Source: Mobula hypostoma (lineage: Eukaryota). From it: 64,000 nt of DNA. Below, piece after piece: positions 48,375 through 60,055 of the stretch (the stretch's first letter is position 1; every line of letters begins with the position of its first letter). Under the pieces are notes generated by a model, which saw nothing but the letters and a program-made list of their open reading frames with translations, was not told where the DNA came from and did no database searches. A program made the translations under genes and the position numbers. The stretch covers positions 108,006,001-108,070,000 of the forward strand of contig NC_086097.1 of the NCBI RefSeq assembly GCF_963921235.1, given 5' to 3'.

Positions 48375-51300
48375 CTGTGTACATACATCTACTGATGCCT
48401 CTGGACACATCTTCAGTGATGCTCCTGGAATCATTGGGTGTTTCGGGTCTTTCAACATCAAACACCCTCCTCCAGGTGACCCAGCCGGGGCTGATCAGAC
48501 CCCAGTTTGTGTCCAGATGGCTAGCTATTTATGACTCCCCTCTTTTGAGCCACAGCCACCTTGAAGCCCTCTCTGCCGCATTGGTGGTACTGCGGATGAC
48601 TCTCCTCTTCCTCTCTCCCTCGATGCCCAAATTGCTGAAGGCTCTAACTAAGGAACGGGCTGAGAATCCCCTACAACCAGCCTCCGCTGGGAGACACCTC
48701 GCTCTCCATTCAGCCTGCTGACAGTTGCTGACCAGTCCTGTGTACTTGGAGAGCTTCCTTTCAAAGGCCCCTTCCAAGCGATCTTCCCATGGGACTGTCA
48801 GCTCCTGCAGTACCACTTGCTTAGTTGACTCAGACACTAGGACAATGTCTGGTCGTAGGGTGGTGGCTGCGATATGGTTGGGGAACTTCAGCTGCCATTC
48901 AAGGTCCACCAACAGCTGCCTGTCCCTTGCAGAGGTCAGAATGCCTGCAGATGTTCTTTTGGCAGGTATTGGCTGCTCCCCAGCTCTGACAAAGGCAATG
49001 GTCTGCTTGGAGGGTCGGGACCGCTTCACCCACTGAACTCCTGCGCTGATGGCTTCAGCGATGGTCTTCAGGACCTGATCATGCCTCCACCTGTATTGTC
49101 CCTCACCAAGTGCCCTTGCACAGCCGCAGAGGATGTGCTCCAGGGTTCCTCACTTTGAGCACGGTGGGCACGCAGGTGACTCTGCCTTGCCCCATGTGTA
49201 CAGGTTTGATGGGCTTGGAAGCACATCATACACTGCCTGGATGAGAATTTGGATGTGGTGTGGTTCGGCTTTCCAAAGATCAGCCCAGGTCACTTACCTC
49301 TCAACCGCATTCTCCCATCTTGTCCAAGCTCCCTGTTGCTTCATTCCCACCGCCTTGCAGGCTCTCATCTCCTCCACTACTGCTCTCACCTCCTCCTGAA
49401 CTAGACGACGCCTTTCCTTCCCTCTGGTGTCCATTTGGGGAGTTGGAAAAGATCCTAGCCCAGCTCGGCCTCGTGTGACCACTCCCACCAGCCTCCTGTC
49501 ACGCAGCCTCGCCTCTGCCTCCTGAACAGCTTCCTCTGCCCTCCACTTCCTGCCATCCTCACTTGGATCCCTGCTCTAGCCACCTTCGGGTCACTTGAGT
49601 CCCTATACTGTAGCACTTCTCTGGCTCTTATTACCTTGAATTCTTCCTCCAAGGATTTGAAGGGCAGTTGCAGTTTGTTGTGGTGTCCATAGAGTGCGAT
49701 GCTGCTCAGGCTCTTTGGCAGCCCCAGCCATCTCCTGAGTTGGTTGCTAACCCTCCTCTCTAAGTTTCGACTGTCGAGATTGGAACTGCATAGACAAGGA
49801 GGGGCCACAGGATTCCGGGAAGAATGCCATGCTGATACATCCAGGCTTTAAACTTCCCAGGTAGGCCAGACTTGTCCACAGATTTCAGCCAGCCATCCAA
49901 CTCGGTACAGGTTGCCTGAGTGGATGTCGTGTCCCTTAAAGAGCTGTCAAAAACTTTGCCTAAGCTCTTGACTAGTTTTTCTGTGATGGTTGGGACATCT
50001 GTGCCTGCGATGCTGAACCGGAACTTGTTCTCCACCTTCCCTTTCCTCAGCACCATCGATCTTGACTTGGTTGGTTTGAAACACATCCGGGCCCACTCCA
50101 CCGGCTTTTCGAGCCCTTGCAGAATCCTCCGGCAGCCTGGGACTGATTCTGTGGTGACTGTGAGGTCATCCATGAATGCCCTGATAGGTGGTTGCCGTTG
50201 AGCGGAATTCATTCTGGGCCCTCTGGACTCTGGTTCAGCAGACTTAGTGAGCATGTTCATGGCTAGAGAGAACAATGTCACTGAGATACTGCACCCTGTG
50301 ATGATGCCAATCTCCACCTTGTGCCAGGTTGATGAAGAGACCCTCATCCTGAATTTGCTGTAATAATCTGCGATAAGCTCTCTGATTCTGCTGGGGACGT
50401 GATATTTGGTCAGTGTGAGCTGCACCAGCTTGTGCGGAATGGAGCCATATGCATTTGCCAGGTCGAGCCACAACACTGACAGGTTGCCCTTGTTCTCTCT
50501 GGCTTCCCTGATGAGCTGTGTCACCACACCGATGTGCTCCAGACAGCCTGGCATCCCTGAAATGCCACCCTTCTGGACTGATGTATCAATATAGGTGTTC
50601 TTTGCTAGGTAGGTGCACAGCCGGTTAGAAACGGCACTGAAGAAGATCCTTGCCTCAACACACAGCAGGGAGATGATGCGAAACTGATCTATCTGGGTGG
50701 CATTTTCCTCCTTCGAGATCCACACCCCTTTAGCCACTCTCCACTGTTCTGGGATCTTCCCCCTTCTCCAGAAGATTCTCAGGATCTTCCACAGATGCAG
50801 CAGGGGTTTGGGGCAGTTCTTGTACACTTTGTACGAGGTGCTGCTTGGTCCTGGAGCCGAGCTTGCCCTTGCTTTGCGGACGACCTCTCTGACTTCCTTT
50901 AGTTGCAGCTCTGACATGTCGAACTGCACATCTGGTTCAGGTGGGTCTATTGCAGGTGGATGCTTTCCTGGTGTCATGGATTCTTGATTACCTGACTGGC
51001 AGACCACAGTACGTGTGCTTGTAACACTGTGTGTCCGACCGAGTGATCAGCAGCACTGGGGCTCCACAGGGGACTACCTTGTCTCCCTTTTTCTTCAGCA
51101 TTTACACCTCGGACTTCAACTACTGCACAGAGTCTTGTCATCTTCACAAGTTTTCTGATGACTCTGCCATAGTTGGATGCATCAGCAAGGGAGATGAGGC
51201 TGAGTACAGGGCTACGGTAGGAAACTTTGTCACATGGTGTGAGCAGAATTATCTGCAGCTTAATGTGAAAAAGATTAAGGAGCTGGTGGTAGACCTGAGG

Positions 51301-52218
51301 AAAGCTAAGGTACCGGTGACCCCTGTTTCCATCCAGGGGGTCAGTGTGGACATGGTGGAGGATTACAAATACCTAGGGATACGAATTGACAATAAACTGG
51401 ACTGGTCAAAGAACACTGAGGCTGTCTACAAGAAGGGTCAGAGCCGTCTCTATTTCCTGAGGAGACTGAGGTCCTTTAACATCTGCCGGACGATGCTGAG
51501 GATGTTCTACGAGTCTGTGGTGGCCAGTGCTATCATGTTTGCTGTTGTGTGCTGGGGCAGCAGGCTGAGGGTAGCAGACACCAACAGGATCAACAAACCC
51601 ATTCGTAAGGCCGGTGATGTTGTGGGGATGGAACTGAACTCTCTGACGGTGGTGTCCGAAAAGAGGATGCTATCCAAGTTGCACGCCATCTTGGACAATG
51701 TCTCCCATCCACTACATAATGTATTGGTTGGGCACAGGAGTTCATTCAGCCAGAGACTCATTCCACCAAGATGCAACACAGAGCGTCATAGGAAGTCATT
51801 CCTCCCTGTGGCAATCAAATTTTACAACTCCTCCCTTGGAGGGTCAGACACCCTGAGCCAGTAGGCTGGTCCTGGACTTATTTCCTGGCATAATTTACAT
51901 ATTACTATTTAACTATTTACGGTTCTATTAATATTTAATTATTTATGGTGCAACTGTAACGAAAACCAATTTCCCCCGGGATCAATAAAGTATGACTATG
52001 ACTATGACTATTAGGATGTCGCACTCTCCCAACTCCTGCTCTCTTTCAGGATCATTATATACCTTCTTCAGATGTTGGTCTATGTCTTCCTGTGAACAGG
52101 CCAGTTTCCCACTGCGCTTCTCCCCCAGCAACTCCTTGGTGAACTTGAAGGGGTTGGCGATAAAGGCAGCACGTTTTCGAGCCCTTTCATGACACCGTCT
52201 CCGATGCCACAGATTCCA
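48375..52218 (-). mobile_element. HERO-clade non-LTR retrotransposon (RT plus restriction-like endonuclease), 5'-truncated
   Basis: SAPGPS, QFRIISLL, WLDLANAYGSIPH, GIITGCSIS, FMDD; RLE motif LRPDIVLVS...ELTVPWEDRLE.AFERKLSKY...EAGCRGF...WLWLKR. Confidence 0.88.
50952..52007 (+). mobile_element. Young Rex1/Babar 3' part nested in HERO
   Basis: Open 277-aa ORF GAPQGTTLSPFFF..YT, KFSDD, KYLGI; AATAAA plus a (CTATGA)n tail; CTATT duplicated at both ends. Confidence 0.9.
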
Positions 52219-55200
52219 TGACAGCAATACAGAATAACAATAGTGGTAGGTTTTATCTCCAAAGTTGTTCCACTCCACACATGAAGTATCACTGACAGTG
52301 ATCTTCAAAAAATATCCTTTCAACAGATGTGGTACCACACCCGAATTCAGCTACGGGTCATCCCAAAGTGGTGGCCATGGGGTACTCCAACAGAATCCAC
52401 GTAGGGATTATCACCAACGGTAGTCTATCACTAAGGGGACCCTCTTCAAGTGATAAAACTACCAACCCAGGCAAGGATTATCACACACAGGTAGTTTCCA
52501 CACAACTGTGATAGCCACTTATCCAGTTCCACGACATACGAAATAACTCCAACAGTGATTTGCCACAGGGGGGCCCTTCTTCAGTGAACTACCACACCCA
52601 AACAAGGATAACACACAAGTGGTATTCACAAAGGTACTCCCCTCACCAGAGAACCCACTCCTGTGGATTAACTATGTGACAATCACACCTTCGTATTCGA
52701 GTGGAACTCAAACTCACCCTTACGGGCTACTTAGAGAGAGAGTCCAAACAGTGACCTCTTTGTCACTAGGTTTCTCCTGCTTCAAACCTTCTCTCCCCTC
52801 TTCTCTTCCTTTAAAGTCACCGAATGTGACCACAACAAAAGGGGACCGTTCTTCTGTTCAGCTGACCTTCTATTTATCTCACCATGCTGAACACCAGCTG
52901 TCCATCAAGTAGCTCCTCCCTTCTCTCTCCCTGCAAACTCATCTCAGTTGCAGATAACTTGTAAGAGTCATTTATCAATACTCAGGATTGATCTCAACTC
53001 ACCCCTTTTCGGGCTACTGAAAGTTTAAACCAGGACCTCACTCACTGGTGTCTTTCATTATTCGAATCCATCTTGACTCCGAGTATGTGTTTCTCTGTGT
53101 CTGTAACTGTCCTTATAAAAAGTAAACATGCTGCAGAGAAACCATAACATCGATTGTCCATCAAATAACGCTGCCCTCGGTCACCCTGGTGACCCACAAG
53201 CTGCTCGGTGCCCTCTCTCCGAACTCAGCAGAAATCTAAAAGTTAGTCTCAGTTCTTTCTCATGCCTGAAAGTGACAGTCCACAGAAAAAATGAACCTTA
53301 GGGGTTCATAACATCATCTCAAAGCAGTCTTCGCCTCTCTCTTAATAACAGGGTGTCTGGTGTTGAACAACTCTCTCTCTCTTTTTAAAGGTATAGTCCA
53401 TAAAAAATATGACCCCTAGGGGGACATAACAGAAGAAACTAGCAGCATTACATACACAGCTGGCAGCTCAAATGACCCAGCAGGCTCCCACCCTGACTGG
53501 CTAACTCAAGGAAGGACACTACGCATAATGAAAGATCCTCATACAAAGGAGCAACACCATCAAACTTCCGGCCTATAACAAACAAGAGAAAATTTGCAGA
53601 TGCTGGAAATGCCTATCAACAATGTGGAACATGTGTGTAAATTCCTGAGCCTGCTCAGAGGGGGATTGGCAATGGAACCAGAGACTCCAAGCACCAAGTA
53701 CTGGTAGACAAAGCTGTCATGCGAGACTCCAAGACCAGGCAAACCAACCTAAGCACAACCTGGACTACCAGAAAGCATACGACTCAATGCCTCCCACATG
53801 GATCCTGGAATATCTGCCTCTGTATGAAGTCAACAAGACCCTAAGGACCTTCTTCAAGATCTCAGTGGGCCATTGGGGGACGATGCTAGAGTTAACTCAA
53901 AGCCAGTAGCACATGTGATCATCAGATGTGGAATATACCAGGGTGGTGCACTTTCCCAACTGCTGTTCTGCATAGGCTTGAACCCCCTCAGCCAGGTCAT
54001 CTCAAAGAGTGGATATGGGAACGGGATCAAGAGTGGAGTGACCATCAGTCATCTGTACATGGATAACATCAAGCTGTATGCCAGAAAGGAAAGGGACATT
54101 GACTCACTAATCCACCTGACAAGGGTGCATAGCAGAAACATCGGGATGTCATTTGGACTGGAAAAGTGCAGCCAGGTGATAGTGAAAAGAGGCAAACTTA
54201 TCAAGACTGAAGGAGTCAAGTTACCTGAAGGTCACATACCAGATGTACAGGACAGATACAAATACCTGGGGATCCTGCAGGTGCATGGAAACCACAATGA
54301 GGACACAAGGAAGGCTGCAACATCCAAGTACCTCCAAAGAGTGAGGCAGGTCCTAAAAAGCCATCTGAATGGGATAGAACAAGATCAGAGCCATCTACAT
54401 ATTCACCCTACCATTCATAAGATATGAGTTGCAATAATGTGCTAGCCAAGGTTTGAACTGGAAGCCACTGACATCAAGATCTGGAAACTACTAACAATAC
54501 ATGGAAGATTTCATCCAAAGTCCAATGTCAAGCAACTGTACACCCGCTGGAATAAAAGAGGATGGAGACCTGTAACTGTCAAGGCCACAATCTTGGAAGA
54601 AATGAGAAACATCCATGAGTATGTCAGGAAGATGGCCCCTAATGATGACCTGCTGGAGAATACCTCAGACAGCAGGCAGGGGGTATGGAACTGGAAGTGC
54701 ATGAAACAGAGCCAGAGGACCAGAGGCCATGGCAGGACAAATCACTGCACGAGATGTACCATCTCCATATCAGAGGTGGCTGACTTAAGTGCCACCAATG
54801 GCTGGAAATGGCAGGGCTGAGGGACAGCACAGAGGCACTGCTCATGGCTGCACAAGAATAGGTGCTGAGCACAAGAGCAATAGAAGCCGGAGTCTATCAC
54901 ACCAGACAAGACCCATGATGCAGACTGTGTAAGGAATCCGCTGAAACCATCCAGCACATAGTAGCAGGGTGCAAGATGCAGGCAAGGACAGCACACACCG
55001 AATTGCACAACCAAGTTGCAGGAATTGTGTACAGGAACATCCGTACTGAGTATGGATTGGACACTCCCAAGTCCAAATGTGAAGCACTTGGGACTGTGAC
55101 ACCTGGACTGGTAGAATGTCTCCAACAAATCCCAGGAACAATATCTGAGGTCTTGGTCCCGAAGAACATACTACTAAGAACAGCAAGGATACAGCACCGA

Positions 55201-56349
55201 ACCCTCAAGCTCTCAGGTATCTGGCAGAGGACCTGAGACTGGAGGAAAAATACACATACACACCACCCATAAGGGGTGAAAAAAAGTATTATATATATTA
55301 TATAAGTTGAGATGCATTCTATATTGAGTTGGACTTTATAGCTGAGCAAGGAGGAGTGCTGTGTGATTAATATTTCACTAATATTTGAGTAATATTGTAA
55401 ATACATTGTTTGATTAAGCATTATTTGATGTTTAAATAATTCATTACAGGTTAAATGTAAAAGTACGTGAATGGCTTTTTTCATTATGCCACCATGTCAC
55501 ATGTGTGCACCTCCCTAAGGTGAAAACGTAACTAAGAAGTACACGTGCTATCCCCAGCCTCCTATGTTTTTCTTTCAATTAATTTTATGTTTTAGAATTA
55601 CAAAACATAACAAGTATAACTATAACCTCCCAGCATCCTGAAGTAGCCACTTCAGAATTCCTTCAGCATCAGCTGGAAGCATGGTGCCCTAGTTATATAT
55701 ATATGTGCACAGTATCATAAGCATATCAATTAGGAGGAAGGATAGGTCATTTTGGCTCATTAAACGCTCTGCAATTCAATAAGATCATGATTGATAAGAT
55801 TGTAACCTTAACGCTGCATTGCAATTTTCTTATGCTGAGCTTTAACTCTCTTGTGTATATTTATCTGCTAGCATCTAGCCTTTTCCTGTTACATTTATAG
55901 CTCCCAATATTTTTTAGATAGTACAGGAGAAATTTGTTTGACATAGATCCAATGTTGTATTTATTGCCCTCTTCAACGAAACTTTTGAGTCATCACAGTT
56001 CTCACCTGCGGTAGCTCTTTCTATATTCCTTCCTTGACCTTTCTCACACTGGCTATCTTATCTATCTTTCCAAACAAATGAAGAGTCTTGACTTGAGTTG
56101 TCAACTGTTCACTTCCCTCCACTGTCACTGTCTGAGCTTCTTAGTTCCTCTACATTCTGAGTATTGCTCCAAATTCCAACAATGGCACTCTCTTGTGTCT
56201 CCTCGTTCAAAGTGTTTCTGACTGGTCTTGTTCAGTCTTCTACTCCAGCTTTCCTGCTTAATAATTCTACCCATCTAGCCTGGATATTTCCTGCAATGTT
56301 TCCATGTCATGTCAAGTGCGAAGTTGTAAGAACAAACTTGCAGTCAATG

Positions 56350-57040
56350 TCAGCAAAACCAAGGAACTGACTGTGGACTTCAGCAAGGAGAAGTCAAGAA
56401 AACCTACACCAGTCTCCTTTGAGGGGTCAGCAGTGGAAAGGATAAGTAGTTTCAAGTTCCTGGGTGTCAACATCTAGGAGGAAATATCTTGGATCTGGCA
56501 CATTCATGCAATCATGAAGGAGGAATGCCTATGCTCTACTTCATTAGGACTTTGAGGAGATTTGGTATGTTACAAAGACTCTTGCAAATTTCTACCTGTT
56601 GTATGGTGGAGAGCATTCTTATTAGTTGCATCACAGCCTGGGATTGAGTCTCTAATGCAGAGGATTACAAGGGGCTGCAGAGAGTTGTAGACTCCACCAG
56701 GTGCATCATTGGTGCAACCCTTCCTGCCCTTGAGGACATTTTCAAGAGGGAGTGCTTGAAGAAAGTAACATCCATTATTAAGGGCCTTCACCATCCTGTA
56801 CATGCCTTCTTCATGTTACAACCATCAGGGTGGAGGCACAAGATCCTGAAGACCCACAGCCAATGTCTTCTGCCATCAGATTTATGAATGCTCCATGAAC
56901 CCACAAGCACTGCCTCATTAGTTGTCTTTTGGAGCATTTATTTAATTTTGCAACTTATCATAACTTTTATGCCTTACCCTGAACTGCTGCCACAAAACAA
57001 CACGTTTCATAACAATTGATATTAAACCTGATGCTGATTC
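56350..57040 (+). mobile_element. Degraded Rex1/Babar 3' fragment
   Basis: NVSKTKELTVDF, FKFLGVNI, HHPVHAFFMLQPSGWR motifs. Confidence 0.65.
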
Positions 57041-57334
57041 ATCGTGTTTTTTTTGAGAACTTGTGAGATGGTGAGATTTGTGTCAATGAGAAGTCAACTT
57101 TCATTTAAAATTATGTTAAACTTGGAAAGGATGGGGGTGGGGTGTCAAGTATTTTACTGACTATTTTATATTGCTGCTGTCACAGAAACACACCCAGAAT
57201 TGTCTGGGACAATGTAAATCAACAAACTTTTTCTTGCAGCCTCACTCTATCAATATTTAATTAGTCAGGTCACAGATCTCTTTACATTCTGGAACACAAA
57301 ATTCCAAAGATTCTCAACTTTATGTAGAAGAAAT

Positions 57335-58640
57335 TCAAAGCACATTTATTAACAAAGTATGTATGCAGTACACAACCATAAGATGCGTCTTCCCAACACA
57401 CAGCCATGAAACAGAAAACCATGCAACCCATTCAAAGGAAAACATCAAAACTCCCCCCATGTGCAAAAAAACAGACAAATTGTGCAAGCTGCAACGAAAA
57501 GTATGAGCAAAAAACACAGAATATAAAACAAAAAATTGCAAGAGTCTTGGCATATTTAGTTCACCTCGGTGTCCGTAATCTGCAGGTTGCCTTGATTCAA
57601 AATTGCCCAAAATAGCAACAAGAAAAGGCATGACCAGAAGCCAGAAACACAACATTACAATTTCTTAAGTAGTTGTTCCCTTATCATGAGAGTGGACTAT
57701 TTATTTCTGGATTTCCCCACTAGAAAAACATCCTTATAAATCTACCCGCTTTAAAATGTTATATTGAAATAAAGTTACTTCAGTCTTTTGAACACATTAT
57801 TGTGAGTTCTCTCCTTATGACCTTTTCTAATATGGCAAACTTTTATTTCAGGAATCAATCAAATGAAACTTCACTTTCACTGCCTTTAAGGCAAGTATGT
57901 CCTTCCTTGAATCAACATTGTAAGCACTATGTGGTCCCTTTACACCTGTGGCATTGCAGCAAGACTTAAGATACAAAGATTCAAGATTCCAAATACATTT
58001 ATTATCAAAGTATGTATGCAGTATACAACCCTGAGATTCGTTTTCCCACAGACAGCCACGAGATAAAGAAAACCTTGGAACCCTTTCAAAGAAAAACATC
58101 AATTCTCCCCACGCACAAAAAAAAATCAAATCACACAAATGGCAAAAAAGAGCAGAGAAACAGAATATAAACCACAAAATGTATAAAATGAATATGCCTG
58201 GAAAGAATCCAGGCATATTCAGTTGAGCTCAGTTCAGTTCAATCTAGTGCCGTGTCACTCATCACCTGCAGGCTGCCCTGATCAAAATTGCCAAAAATAG
58301 CAGAAAAGGAAGGAGTGACCAGAAACCAGAAACACATTTGCTTTAAATGGTGAGATCAGTCAGAAATGGAGTCGGTCATGGGCTCGTGCACCGTCTCTGG
58401 CCTTCTTGGACTTGAGGATGCATGCTTCGCTCAAAACCACTTGGAAACAGTAAAGTGTCAGATCACACAATCGGGCCAAAAACACACCACCAAGATGTAG
58501 ATCACAGGCTTCAACAGCAGCAGAACCACATTTAAAAGAAAGAAAAAAACATAAAAGGAGTGAAAGAAGTAGTTTTGTGAACCATTTGGAGGATATGGCC
58601 CTTGGTCTTGTTGTTCACTGGTGCCATCTTCTTCCAAAAT
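57335..58640 (-). repeat. Two related Rex1-tail/SINE-like repeats
   Basis: 57335-57660 and 57978-58340 share ttcaaag..catttatta.caaagtatgtatgcagta.acaacc..agat.cgt.ttccc. Confidence 0.55.
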
Positions 58641-58653
58641 AACTGTTATTTTG

Positions 58654-59071
58654 GCAACACACATCAAAGTTGCTGGTGAACGCAGCAGGCCAGGCAGCAT
58701 CTATTGGAAGAGTTTCAGTCGACGTTTCAGGCCGAGACCCTTCATCAGGACTAACTGAAGGAAGAGCTAGTAAGAGATTTGAAAGTGAGAGGGGGAGGGG
58801 GAGATCCAAAATGATAGGAGAAGACAGGAGGGGGAGGGATGGAGCCAAGAGTTGGACAGGTGATTGGCAAAGGGGATATGAGAGGATCATGGGACAGGAG
58901 ATCCAGGGAGAAAGACGGGGGGTGGGGGGGACAGAGGATGGGTAAGGAGTATAGTCAGAGGGACAGAGGGAGAAAAAGGAGAGTGAGAGAAAGAATGTAT
59001 GTATAAAAATAAATAATAGATGGGGTACTAGGGGGAGGTGGGGCACTAGCGGAAGTTAGAGAAGTCGATGT
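58654..59071 (-). mobile_element. PLE 3' UTR fragment (same subfamily as 4700-7074)
   Basis: Near-identical to 4734-5143. Confidence 0.85.
58716..58753 (-). ncRNA. Minimal hammerhead ribozyme, canonical CUGAUGA core
   Basis: UAGUC-CUGAUGA-AGGGUCUCGGCCU-GAAA-CGUC-GACUG. Confidence 0.75.
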
Positions 59072-59489
59072 CATTCCCTTTCCTATGAATGCTAATATTA
59101 TATCTTAATGCTTGTAGAAGCCCCACTAGGGCTAATATAACCATCACACTTAGTGGTTAATGTGTGTGAGCCACAAGCCAATATGCACACACCAGTGAAC
59201 AGCTGCAGTCCTGTCCCCACCTTGCAGAACTACTATGTTGTTTGATATCATATGCAGGCTGCAAGTGTTCTGCTTACATTCACTCTCACAAGGCTTTACT
59301 ATTTTTGTACCTATACTTGTTCCACATAATAATTTTTAATGTCAGAAGTTGCTAGGTTGCATGGAGCCATTTTTAATTGGGTGACTTGTAAATTGTTAGC
59401 TTTTCAGACTTGATGCATGTAATTCTATTTTTCATTGGACTGTAGCTCTGCATTTTCAGATATCTATTTTACAGGTTGTTTTCTGGGTT

Positions 59490-60055
59490 GTAAATGTTGG
59501 CAGTGAGCTTACTGAGGGCAGTTTCGGGCCTATTATCTAAGATATGGAGAGTGTCCGGGGACGCTCATAAGAATTATTCTAGGAATGAAAGGGTTAATGT
59601 ATGAGGAGCATTTGTTGGCTCTGGGCTTCTACTCACTGAAGTCTCAAAGAATAAGTGGAGGGGGGTCTCATTAAAACTTATCTACTATTGAAACGCTGAG
59701 ATGGAGTGGACATGGAGATGGAGAGGGAGTTTCATATAATGGGGGAGTTTAACACCCAAGGGCACAGCCTTAGAACACAAGGATGTCCCTTTAGAACAGA
59801 GTTAAGTTGTAATTTCTTTAGTCAGAGGATGGTGAACCTGTGGATATCAATGCCACAGATGGCTGTGGAGGCCAAGTCATTTGAAGTGGAGGTTGGTAGG
59901 TTCTTGATTAGTAAGAGCATCAGAGGTCAGGGGAAGAAGGCGGAAGTACGGGGTTGAAAGGGATGAAATATAAGCCATGATGGAATGGCAAAGCCAACTC
60001 AATGGGTCAAATGGCCTAATTTTGCTCTTATGTCCCATGGTCTTATGGTCTTAAT
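59490..60055 (+). mobile_element. CR1 3' fragment
   Basis: QGHSLRTQGCPFRTELSCNFFSQRMVNLW, plus a (CTTATGG) tail. Confidence 0.75.

Larger units (their letters stand above)
48175..53431 (-). mobile_element. Solo Gypsy LTR (same family as 1-292) containing a HERO element
   Basis: Begins (A)GTCACGTACCCC..GGGTTAAAGAACCAGCAGAAAT, the reverse complement of the LTR end at 232-292, and ends ...CATAACA. Flanks GAAA/GAAG; removal restores R4 WLKKLA. Confidence 0.7.
46425..55290 (+). mobile_element. Decayed R4-clade (Dong/Rex6-like) non-LTR element, interrupted by CR1 and a solo LTR
   Basis: TETNYLIYASETAV...PWRQRLEAK, KNWTSPGPDVIHVYWLKK, NFRPIT/CLSTMW, GIYQGGALSQLLFCIGLNPLS, LYMDNIKLY, YKYLGI, and CRLC...ETIQHIVAGC...HNQVAGIVY. 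Confidence 0.8.

Noticed and set aside
48440..48467. Hammerhead ribozyme in the HERO 3' UTR (UUGAUG...GAAAC)
   Set aside because: No CUGANGA box, no stem II and no NUH triplet; the kink-turn/pseudoknot reading fits better.
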